From an uncultured Pseudomonadales bacterium (GTDB taxonomy: Bacteria; Patescibacteriota; Microgenomatia; UBA1400; PJMF01), in contig CAZDWQ010000002.1 of the NCBI GenBank assembly GCA_964509285.1, positions 1 to 58,216 of the forward strand: a DNA stretch of 58,216 bases, given 5' to 3'. The position numbers and the translations under genes were made by a program. Numbering within the stretch: position 1 is the stretch's first letter; each line of letters begins with the position of its first letter. The notes below the pieces were generated by a model. That model did no database searches and was not told where the DNA came from. It saw nothing but the letters and a program-made list of their open reading frames with translations. This document shows positions 16,481 through 24,487 of the stretch, one piece after another.

Positions 16481-17101
16481 ATGCATGCTGTTTTTACCGC
16501 CCACACCATTTGGTCTTTTAGAAAAGAGTTGCAATTTGTAGCCCTCACTTTCTTGATTTTGATATCACTACCGATTATTGCAGTAGTTATTTTAACCAAC
16601 ACTGGTATCAATATTGTCTCGGATGCTTTAATCGATATTGAGCCAGAGACACAAACTATCTTGATTAAAAACCCTGCAGATGGGTCAGTAGTAAAAGAAG
16701 TGTCTAAAAAAGTTGCTTGGCCTGTAAATGGCAAAACCACCCTCGATTTTGCAGACTCAAGTAAATATCAGAAATTCCACGCAGGAATTGATATTGCTAA
16801 TGCTAGTGGGAGAGTTGGTGATCCCATTACTCCGTTTATGGAAGGCACTGTTACTTACGCTGGAGAAATTTTCTGGGGTTATGGCAAACACGTCATGATT
16901 GATCATGGGGATAATATTTCTTCTGTGTATGCACATCTAGACCGTATTCAGGTTTATAAGGGTCAGGAAGTGAATATCGGTGACACTATTGGCACTATGG
17001 GTAGTACTGGCTGGTCTACAGGGCCTCATTTGCATTTTGAGATTAGGGTGTATGGGGTGCCGGTGAATCCGAAAGTCATTCTATTAAATAATTTAAAATG
17101 A
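16481..17101 (+). CDS. M23/LytM-family peptidoglycan endopeptidase (T4SS-associated hydrolase)
   Basis: An N-terminal TM is present. Metal-site motifs are HAGIDIA (HxxxD) and GPHLHFE (HxH). The ATG directly abuts the virB4 stop. Confidence 0.9.
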   Translation: MHAVFTAHTIWSFRKELQFVALTFLILISLPIIAVVILTNTGINIVSDALIDIEPETQTILIKNPADGSVVKEVSKKVAWPVNGKTTLDFADSSKYQKFHAGIDIANASGRVGDPITPFMEGTVTYAGEIFWGYGKHVMIDHGDNISSVYAHLDRIQVYKGQEVNIGDTIGTMGSTGWSTGPHLHFEIRVYGVPVNPKVILLNNLK

Positions 17102-17185
17102 TTAATATTTATGATCCTATTTAGTCAAGATAAAGTAATCTAAAGTCTTATAATAAAATTATAATGTGATATAATAATGAAATAA

Positions 17186-19342
17186 ATGAACAATAAACCA
17201 ATTTCAGCATTATCACTACCACTGAGATTAGAAAACTCGTTAAGACGTAATAAAATTGTCTATCTTAATGATTTGCAAATAATCGACGAAGAATTATTGG
17301 GAAAAATTAAGAATATTGGACCCAAATCTGTTCAATTAATTAAAAAGTCCTTAAAAGAATACTTAATCTTAAAAGAAAATTTTTCAGAAAAGTCATTGTT
17401 AAACAAAGATTTGCAATCAATTATTAAAATGATTTCATTTTCTAAACTAGAAAATAGTGCATTTTCAACAATAAACATTTATGATGAGCATAAAGAAATT
17501 TCAAATATAAACACCACGATAAATGAAGATCATAATGAAATTGAAAATAATGACATTGTGTCAAATAATAATCATAAGCAAGTAGCAAATTATCCGATAT
17601 TTTCAATCAATCTTCCAGAGAGAATAGAAAATTCATTAATTAAATCTAATATTAATACTCTTTCATCTTTAGCAAATTGTCATCAATCTGACCTACTTAA
17701 AATTAAAAATATAGGTCAAACATCAATAAATATAATTATTTCTCAAGCAAAAAGGTTCATATCAAAAAACTTCTCCAAAATTATTGATATTTCTGAGTTA
17801 GAAAATATTGATAGTTTTAATGATATCTCGTCATTATTGAAAGAATTACTAACTAAACAAGCAATAGAATCAAGAAAAAATTTGCAATCAAAATCTAAAG
17901 AAGAAATGATATTAGATTATTTTAGTGATTTAGAAACCTATCTAAATGATTTTATTCAATCTAATATTCTAACAAATAAAGAAAAAATAATTCTAAATAA
18001 TAGGTTGAGAATAATGAAGAATAATTCGTCTATTAGAACATATACACTTGAGGAAATTGGAAATAATAACCAAGTTAATCTCACAAGAGAAAGAGTTAGA
18101 CAATTAGAAAAAAAGTTACTTATAAAATTATCAAATAAAATAGATTTTTTTAATTCATTTCATTTTAATGAACACCAATTAATAAGGACAGTAATAATAA
18201 ATTATGTAAATCAACTTGGATTCATACAATGGCCAAATGATCTGCCTTTATTAATTAATGAACTAAATGTAAATAATAAGCTCTTAAATATTAAGTTTTA
18301 TGAATATTTAACTTTTCGTGAAATTAACAAAATTAGCGGGCTAAATGAGTATAAATATAAAGATTTATCATACTTTTTTTATAATGATGATTTTAATAGG
18401 ATCCAAATTAATAATATTTTAAAGAACTGTATAAATAGATTAAAGAAATATGAATATCCTATTATAAATGAAAATGATTTGTATGATAAATCTCTACTAA
18501 ATACAAAAGAAGTGAAATTAATCAGAGATATTATTTCAAAGTTATCAGATTTCATTTTTTTTGACAATCAATACAAGATTAAAGAAATGAAACCGTATCA
18601 ATTTGCATATTTAATTCTTGAAGAACACAATAATCCCATGCATTACGAGATACTATTTAATAAAATTAAGGAACGGACTAATGTTGGCTCAATATTAACT
18701 TTTAAAAATTCCTTACTAAATGACAAACATATAATCACTCAAGGGAATGGGATGTATGCATTAAACAAATGGGGATTGAAAAGATATAAAAGAAATGTCC
18801 ATTATGGAAAGAATACTGTAAAAAATCTCATAAGGGAATATATAGCTATAAATCTAAACGCATCCAATGATCAAATTAAACAATATGTTTTAAGCAAAAG
18901 AAATGCTGCTGATACAACAATTACACAAGGTATTTCTGATGTCAATCAGAAACTGAACAGGCATAGTAAAAAAATTTCAATTCCGGATTTAATTATTGAG
19001 TTCTTTTCAAATCATAAAGAAGCAAATTTTAAACAAATTTATACCTACATTGAAAAAAGAAAGCATAATGTTAAAAAGGGTCAAGTTTATACCGCAATTT
19101 ATAACTATTGCAAAAAGAATGATGAGGGAAATTACTATTTATATAAAAATAAGAAAAAAAGAGTCAAAAATAACTCAATAAAAGAAAAATTAATCTTATG
19201 TTTAAAAGAAAATACACCGCTTACTTTAGATGAAATATTTGTAATATTATCAAAAAATAATAAAGTTAGTAAAAATACTATAAGATCTTACATAAGTAGT
19301 CTTGAAATAAAACAAGATGAAAATGGAAAATACTCATTATAA
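17186..19342 (+). CDS. 718-aa multi-HTH DNA-binding protein: two RpoA alpha-CTD-like HhH modules, sigma-70 region-4-like HTH, HARE-HTH-like module and further wHTH-like repeats
   Basis: Alpha-CTD-like modules: LSLPLRLENSLRRNKIVYLNDL...LLGKIKNIGPKSVQLIKKSL and INLPERIENSLIKSNINTLSSL...LLKIKNIGQTSINII. Sigma region-4-like: YTLEEIGNNNQVNLTRERVRQLEKKLLIKL. HARE-HTH-like: PYQFAYLILEEHNNPMHYEILFNKI...GNGMYALNKWG. Confidence 0.65.
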   Translation: MNNKPISALSLPLRLENSLRRNKIVYLNDLQIIDEELLGKIKNIGPKSVQLIKKSLKEYLILKENFSEKSLLNKDLQSIIKMISFSKLENSAFSTINIYDEHKEISNINTTINEDHNEIENNDIVSNNNHKQVANYPIFSINLPERIENSLIKSNINTLSSLANCHQSDLLKIKNIGQTSINIIISQAKRFISKNFSKIIDISELENIDSFNDISSLLKELLTKQAIESRKNLQSKSKEEMILDYFSDLETYLNDFIQSNILTNKEKIILNNRLRIMKNNSSIRTYTLEEIGNNNQVNLTRERVRQLEKKLLIKLSNKIDFFNSFHFNEHQLIRTVIINYVNQLGFIQWPNDLPLLINELNVNNKLLNIKFYEYLTFREINKISGLNEYKYKDLSYFFYNDDFNRIQINNILKNCINRLKKYEYPIINENDLYDKSLLNTKEVKLIRDIISKLSDFIFFDNQYKIKEMKPYQFAYLILEEHNNPMHYEILFNKIKERTNVGSILTFKNSLLNDKHIITQGNGMYALNKWGLKRYKRNVHYGKNTVKNLIREYIAINLNASNDQIKQYVLSKRNAADTTITQGISDVNQKLNRHSKKISIPDLIIEFFSNHKEANFKQIYTYIEKRKHNVKKGQVYTAIYNYCKKNDEGNYYLYKNKKKRVKNNSIKEKLILCLKENTPLTLDEIFVILSKNNKVSKNTIRSYISSLEIKQDENGKYSL

Positions 19343-19358
19343 AGTGTATAATTGACAT

Positions 19359-19532
19359 ATGAAAAAAAATGATGATGATCTGATTCTACTCAAGGATCTT
19401 TGCCAAAAATATGAACTAAACTTTGATAAAGTAGAAAAACTCATAGAAGTTACAAAAGAATTTGAGATTAAGGATACTAGAAATGGCATTTATAATGCTT
19501 TAAAAGAGATAATTGAGAACAGAAATTTTTAA
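19359..19532 (+). CDS. 57-aa hypothetical protein (below ORF-track cutoff), packed between island genes
   Basis: Hand translation gives MKKNDDDLILLKDLCQKYELNFDKVEKLIEVTKEFEIKDTRNGIYNALKEIIENRNF. Its stop lies 2 nt before the next ATG. Confidence 0.4.
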   Translation: MKKNDDDLILLKDLCQKYELNFDKVEKLIEVTKEFEIKDTRNGIYNALKEIIENRNF

Positions 19533-19534
19533 TA

Positions 19535-21514
19535 ATGATAATTAAAAGAATTTTAATAGATAATTACAAATCATTCCAAAAACCAACTGAAATATATTTC
19601 CCATCTACTGATGATGAAAAGAATATCTTTTTAATTGGAGGCATGAATGGCGCTGGTAAAACATCATTATTAGAAGCAATTTCAATCTCACTTTATGGTG
19701 AAAAAAAAGAGTATATTTACAAAAGAATAAATAAAAATGAATTTGAAAATAATAATTTTTCGGTCATTTTTGAATTAGAATTAGAAACAGACGAATTTGA
19801 CATTTTAATAATCAGAAGAACCTACAAGTGTAACGAGCCAAATAATCCAAATCCTAGTAATTTTGAGGAATTACTTTCTATAACCAAAAATGGCGAACAA
19901 ATTAGTTATAGAAATAATAACGCTTGGAATGATTATATAGCCTCAAGATTCCCAAAGAGTATTACCCAGTTTTTCTTTTTTGATGGTGAAAAAATTCAAG
20001 AAGTTGCCGACGATGATCATTTTGAAATTAGATTAAAAAGCTCATTAGAGGCTGCTCTTGGTATTAAATTTTTATCTCAATTATCATCTGATATATCAAA
20101 AGTTAAGCAAACTGAAAGACAAGGTTTTATTGAAATATCAAATGAAGATATAAAATTAAAAGAAAATAATATTGAATTGTTAAATAGTAAAATAAATAAA
20201 TTAAATAATAATAGAAATATAATTCAAAATGAAATTAATGATTTAGAAAAAGAACATAGTTTAATTAAAAAAAGATTTAAAATACTATTTAACCAGGATC
20301 CAGAACAAGCAGATGAAATTAATAAAAAAGAATTAGAAAAAACTCAATTAATTATTAAATTAAATAAAATTGAAAACGAAATAAAATTAGTAATCGAAAA
20401 TTTTTTACCTTTATCATTGAGCAGTTCAGTTTTTGCTGATATTAAAAAACAAATTGAAGCAGAATCTGATTCTTCACAGCAGACCACACTTAAAGATTCC
20501 ACAGAAATCATAGTGGATATTGCAATAAAGTCTCTTTATGAACCCTATAAAATAATCTCTAATGATCTCTCAACAAAAGATCAAAATGAATTTAAAAAAA
20601 GAATTAGAGATTACATTGATACAGATAAAAATAATAATGATAAGATTTTGGACTTAACACAAAGAGAGGCTGCAAGTATTCTAAATGTCATCAAAAATAT
20701 TGAACAAAGCGACATTAGAAGACTAGACATTCTTATTGAAGAAAAATCTGAATTAGAAAACAGTTTGAAATTTATAAATGAAAATTTAAGAACTAGAAAT
20801 GATAATGATCAAAGTACCTTTTCTTCTCTTCAAGATGAAATTGATAATTTATCAACTCAGATAGGAAGAAAGAATGGTGAACTAAATTCTGTAATCGACT
20901 CAATTCTTGAAAATGAAGAAAAGATTAAGAAAGAAGAAAATGACTTATCTTATCTTTATGAAAGAATTAACTTATCAAAAGAAAAATCAGACTTCATTAC
21001 TGAATGCGAAAATCTATCAACAATGCTAAATGAATATGTAGTACTTCTAAGAGAAAAGAAAAATAAATTACTTAAAGAAAAAACTCTTGAGATGTATAAA
21101 CTTTTATCAAGTAAAAGCGATCTTATTTCCGATATAATAATAGACCCAAATACATACGAAGTAATCATCAAAGATACCAATAACTTAGAAATTAAAAAAT
21201 CTGTTTTATCAGCTGGTGAAAAAGAAGTTTTTGCCATCTCGCTACTTTGGGGATTAGCTCAAACTAGCAAAATTAATCTTCCAATAATTATTGATACTCC
21301 ATTATCAAGACTAGATAGTCTTCATAGAGATAATATTATAAATAATTATTTTCCAAATTCAGGAAAACAAGTAATTATTTTATCTACCGATACAGAAGTA
21401 GATAACAAATATTATCAGGATTTGAAAAAATATCTGGTTGGATCAGGTACGTTATTTTTTGATAAAGATAAACAAAGAACTTCCTTTAAAGAAAATTATT
21501 TTGGAGAAAATTAA
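19535..21514 (+). CDS. DndD/SspC-like SMC-type ABC ATPase
   Basis: The N-terminus is IFLIGGMNGAGKTSLLEAISISLYG, followed by a long central coiled coil. The C-terminus is LSAGEKEVFAISLLWGLAQ..PIIIDTPLSRLDSLHRDNIINNYFP..QVIILSTDTEV. Confidence 0.8.
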   Translation: MIIKRILIDNYKSFQKPTEIYFPSTDDEKNIFLIGGMNGAGKTSLLEAISISLYGEKKEYIYKRINKNEFENNNFSVIFELELETDEFDILIIRRTYKCNEPNNPNPSNFEELLSITKNGEQISYRNNNAWNDYIASRFPKSITQFFFFDGEKIQEVADDDHFEIRLKSSLEAALGIKFLSQLSSDISKVKQTERQGFIEISNEDIKLKENNIELLNSKINKLNNNRNIIQNEINDLEKEHSLIKKRFKILFNQDPEQADEINKKELEKTQLIIKLNKIENEIKLVIENFLPLSLSSSVFADIKKQIEAESDSSQQTTLKDSTEIIVDIAIKSLYEPYKIISNDLSTKDQNEFKKRIRDYIDTDKNNNDKILDLTQREAASILNVIKNIEQSDIRRLDILIEEKSELENSLKFINENLRTRNDNDQSTFSSLQDEIDNLSTQIGRKNGELNSVIDSILENEEKIKKEENDLSYLYERINLSKEKSDFITECENLSTMLNEYVVLLREKKNKLLKEKTLEMYKLLSSKSDLISDIIIDPNTYEVIIKDTNNLEIKKSVLSAGEKEVFAISLLWGLAQTSKINLPIIIDTPLSRLDSLHRDNIINNYFPNSGKQVIILSTDTEVDNKYYQDLKKYLVGSGTLFFDKDKQRTSFKENYFGEN

Positions 21515-23040
21515 TGTCAGATAGACTTTTTACATCATCAGATACAGAAAAAATTATTAGAGAATTAAGATTAGAAACAAAACTAACTCAAACTTTGTTA
21601 TCGAAAGTTGCTTTTATTATTTCACTAACAAAAGTAGGAAATAAAGTTAGTAGTAATAATGACTTTAAAGGAATGAGAGTCAATAGAACTGCATTCAATG
21701 GAGAAGATGAAATTTTTATTCGTACACTAATTAGACATGCTTATAAAAAAACCACTTTTACTGATGATGAAATCTTTTCAAATAAATCAATAATTAAGTA
21801 TCATATTGATAATGGTGCTCAAGAGCTAAACAACATTTACAAGAATGTAAATTTTGATACCAACTCTTTTTTAAAAAGTTTGGCTGTAATTGCATCAAAA
21901 GATCTTAATAACACATATTTGGGTAAAGATTTAAATATTTTCTTAGGGAATACAACTCTTGAGAATGATAGTTTAATAATGGAATTAAATAATAGTGCTA
22001 AACATGCAAATTCGCATATGGCAATCATGGGAAAGCCTGGTGTTGGTAAGACACAATTCTTACTGAAAATTTTAACTGATATTAGAATACAATCTAAATT
22101 TCAAACAAATTTTATATTTTTTGACTACAAAGGTGACGTCGTAACAAACGAAAATTTTGTAGATCAAACAAAAGCCTCTACTTACAAGTTATTAAATAAT
22201 AATCAAACTATACCAATAAATCCTTTTATTTTACCAAGCTACGATGAACAATCAGTGCTAATCTCATCAAGAGAAAAAGCAGAATCATTTGCTTCAATAA
22301 ATTCAAAGTTAGGAACTGTTCAAAAGGGTACGCTTTCTGAGGCTATTAAAATTGCATACTCAAAAAGAAAGAAGCTTGAACTTCCATATCCAGATTTTAA
22401 AGAAGTATATACAATTATTCAAAAAATTTACGAAGAAGAAGAGAGAAGGAATGATAGTCTCATTGAGGTAATGAAAGACCTTTCTGATTTCAACTTATTT
22501 TGGAGTCATGGAGATAGCTCAAAACCAATAGAACAGCTTTCCAATCGAACAATGATTGTTGATATTCATTCCATGCCTGTTCTTAAAGAATTAGTAGGAT
22601 ACTTAGTAATTGAGAGATTATATAAAGAAATGCTCACTCTACCTGATAGTCCTATCGAAAATGGCAAGCGCACCATTAGAACAATATTAGCAATTGATGA
22701 AGCACATAATTATCTACCTCAAAAAAATATATTTTTACAAAGGATTATTAGAGAAGGAAGATCTAAAGGAATTTTTGTTTTCTTTGCATCTCAATCACCC
22801 AATGATTACCAGCAACAAGATTTTAATTTTCAGGAATTACTAGAATTTGCATTTATATTTCAAACTGAAGGTGTATCTGCAAAATCAGTCCAAGATATTC
22901 TAGGTTGTACAAATAATACTGCTAAAGAGCTGCAAACAGAAATTTCTAGATTATTACCATTTCAAACTATTTCAAAAAGCTTTTCTAAAAATAAAGAATT
23001 TACTAAGTTTAAAGCTGAAGCATTTTATAAGAATTACTAA
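21514..23040 (+). CDS. fusion protein: DndE-like N-terminal domain plus HerA/FtsK (DUF87)-type P-loop ATPase
   Basis: The N-terminal ~110 aa (FTSSDTEKIIRELRLETKLTQTLLSKVAFIISL...NRTAFNGEDEIFIRTLIRHAY...KYHIDNGAQEL) follow the DndE pattern. Walker A is IMGKPGVGKTQ and Walker B is ILAIDEAHNYL. The start overlaps the DndD-like stop (TAATG). Confidence 0.65.
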   Translation: MSDRLFTSSDTEKIIRELRLETKLTQTLLSKVAFIISLTKVGNKVSSNNDFKGMRVNRTAFNGEDEIFIRTLIRHAYKKTTFTDDEIFSNKSIIKYHIDNGAQELNNIYKNVNFDTNSFLKSLAVIASKDLNNTYLGKDLNIFLGNTTLENDSLIMELNNSAKHANSHMAIMGKPGVGKTQFLLKILTDIRIQSKFQTNFIFFDYKGDVVTNENFVDQTKASTYKLLNNNQTIPINPFILPSYDEQSVLISSREKAESFASINSKLGTVQKGTLSEAIKIAYSKRKKLELPYPDFKEVYTIIQKIYEEEERRNDSLIEVMKDLSDFNLFWSHGDSSKPIEQLSNRTMIVDIHSMPVLKELVGYLVIERLYKEMLTLPDSPIENGKRTIRTILAIDEAHNYLPQKNIFLQRIIREGRSKGIFVFFASQSPNDYQQQDFNFQELLEFAFIFQTEGVSAKSVQDILGCTNNTAKELQTEISRLLPFQTISKSFSKNKEFTKFKAEAFYKNY

Positions 23041-23050
23041 TTTAATTAAT

Positions 23051-23257
23051 ATGTCATCACTACAAAAATTCGGTCAAAACCTTAAAATGGCAAGAGAAAG
23101 TAAAAACCTAACTCAAGAAGAGCTTGCAACTAAAGCTGATCTTAGTGCTAATTACTTTGCAAAGATTGAAAGAGGTGAAATAAACATCACTTATAAAACC
23201 TTATATAAGATCATTATTGCTTTAAAAACGAAATCATCTGAAATTTTACCATTTTAA
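23051..23257 (+). CDS. XRE-family helix-turn-helix regulator
   Basis: LKMARESKNLTQEELATKADLSANYFAKIERGE is a classic HTH_XRE sequence. 68 aa. Confidence 0.85.
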   Translation: MSSLQKFGQNLKMARESKNLTQEELATKADLSANYFAKIERGEINITYKTLYKIIIALKTKSSEILPF

Positions 23258-23457
23258 TTCTTAAGCACTTTAGTTTTTTTTCTTTCCAAATCTTTTAATT
23301 CCGAAGTAAAAATCCTGAGGCAAATTTCAATCATATCTAGATGTATAATTGTCTCCTGCAATGAGCCATTTGAATTCTTTTTGGCAATATTATACAAATT
23401 TTTTACAATATCCATGTTTTTTTTCATTGCTATCTGCGACTTAGTACTTATTTTCAT
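23254..23457 (-). CDS. 67-aa hypothetical protein downstream of the PLD nuclease gene
   Basis: An ORF only, co-oriented with the PLD gene. No motif was recognised. Confidence 0.35.
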   Translation of the reverse strand: MKISTKSQIAMKKNMDIVKNLYNIAKKNSNGSLQETIIHLDMIEICLRIFTSELKDLERKKTKVLKN

Positions 23458-23515
23458 AAATTCTACCTTTCATTAGAAAATATTATTTGAGATATACTAT
23501 CACGCTTTTTTGATA

Positions 23516-24007
23516 TCAAATAAATTTTTCAAGTTTTAAAAAATCGAACATAACTTGAGCATGGTTAGCCCCTTGAATCCTTCTCATAATTTCTCGACTC
23601 TTTGTTTGTGACAAAATATTAAGACTTCCTTCCCACAATATTTTTCTATCTAATATTGCAAGTTTTCTATGATGATTATTGGTGGCTGATAAAACATGAA
23701 CTCCCAGAATCTCAAATTCTTTAATTATTTGTCTGGAATAACTTGCCAGTGGTTCTTTTAAAAGGTTGGCACTTTTTGTTATTACATAGACTTTTATATC
23801 TTTTTCAATTAGTTTTTCAAAGATTGGGAATAAATGATCCATTCTGGCTAACGATATAAACGGACTTTCAATGATGACTTCTTCTTCACATTCGAGTAAA
23901 TCATTAATGAATGAAGGATAAAAAGTTTTCTCATCAAATAGTTTTGAATTAAAAACGTCAGATTTTTTTGTTTTAGTCTTAAACCACATCAGAATCTCCC
24001 TCTTCAT
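23516..24007 (-). CDS. PLD-superfamily (HKD) nuclease, Nuc-like single-domain
   Basis: HxKxxxxD plus GSxN is present as NHHRKLAILDRKILWEGSLNILSQ. The 163-aa size is typical of Nuc/NucT-type endonucleases. Confidence 0.8.
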   Translation of the reverse strand: MKREILMWFKTKTKKSDVFNSKLFDEKTFYPSFINDLLECEEEVIIESPFISLARMDHLFPIFEKLIEKDIKVYVITKSANLLKEPLASYSRQIIKEFEILGVHVLSATNNHHRKLAILDRKILWEGSLNILSQTKSREIMRRIQGANHAQVMFDFLKLEKFI

Positions 24008-24180
24008 CTATTTGATATGCTATCATTAACTTATGAAAATGAACTAGAAGTGGTTCAAAATAAAAGGCGTCTCCTCCACATAGTTTTAATACTAGAAAAA
24101 ACTTTCAAATTGTAATAAAATACGGGTATTCGTAGATAAGGTTCATAAGAAAACTGTACCAACAGTAAACTCGAAAAAGT

Positions 24181-24216
24181 AACAAGCTTCCATTAATTGG
24201 GAGCTTGTTTTGTTTT
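24181..24216. terminator. orphan bidirectional terminator-like hairpin
   Basis: AACAAGCTTCC-N7-GGGAGCTTGTT is followed by TTGTTTT on the plus strand and by ACTTTTT on the minus strand. Confidence 0.45.
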
Positions 24217-24329
24217 ACACCGACATTTTTTAATAGAATAAACTGTTTTAACCAATAAAGTATGAAAAAGTATGACCCATAGATCGGTCCTTTTTTAATT
24301 TTGGTACTTGCAAGCTCTAGCATAAAAAT

Positions 24330-24368
24330 CTAGAATGAAGTTCTAGTGCCCAACACTAGATTTTTTTT
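24330..24368 (+). terminator. two overlapping, mutually exclusive hairpins; the second is followed by T8
   Basis: The first hairpin is CTAGAA-tgaag-TTCTAG (24330-24346). The second is CTAGTG-cccaa-CACTAG (24343-24359), followed by A and TTTTTTTT. Confidence 0.5.
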
Positions 24369-24458
24369 ACCGCCAGCCCAAAATCTAACGAAGTTTCCAT
24401 CCTGCATTCAGTTGCGGAAACGGTTGATTAAGAAACAGAATCAACAAAACTCACAAAA

Positions 24459-24487
24459 ACAAAGTCAAACAGACTTTGTTTTTTTTT
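24459..24487 (+). terminator. strong intrinsic terminator-like hairpin in the argG upstream region
   Basis: ACAAAGTC-aaaca-GACTTTGT is followed by a run of about 9 T. Confidence 0.6.

Larger units (their letters stand above)
17102..24340. other. AT-rich accessory island (defence-like gene set), probably horizontally acquired
   Basis: There is an abrupt compositional shift relative to both flanks. The proteins are Asn/Lys/Ile-rich. See the component genes for content. Confidence 0.6.

Noticed and set aside
17186-23040. Interpreting the island as a bona fide Dnd/Ssp phosphorothioation system
   Set aside because: No DndC/SspD-type PAPS-reductase-like protein is present, nor a DndA/IscS cysteine desulfurase, DndB, SspB, or DndFGH/SspE restriction partners. 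Only DndD-like and DndE-like modules are present, so I do not call it a PT modification locus.
21514-23040. 508-aa HerA/FtsK-type ATPase as the missing T4SS coupling protein (VirD4)
   Set aside because: It has no N-terminal TM segments. It carries a DndE-like domain, sits in the compositionally distinct island, and is translationally coupled to the DndD-like gene rather than to the T4SS genes.
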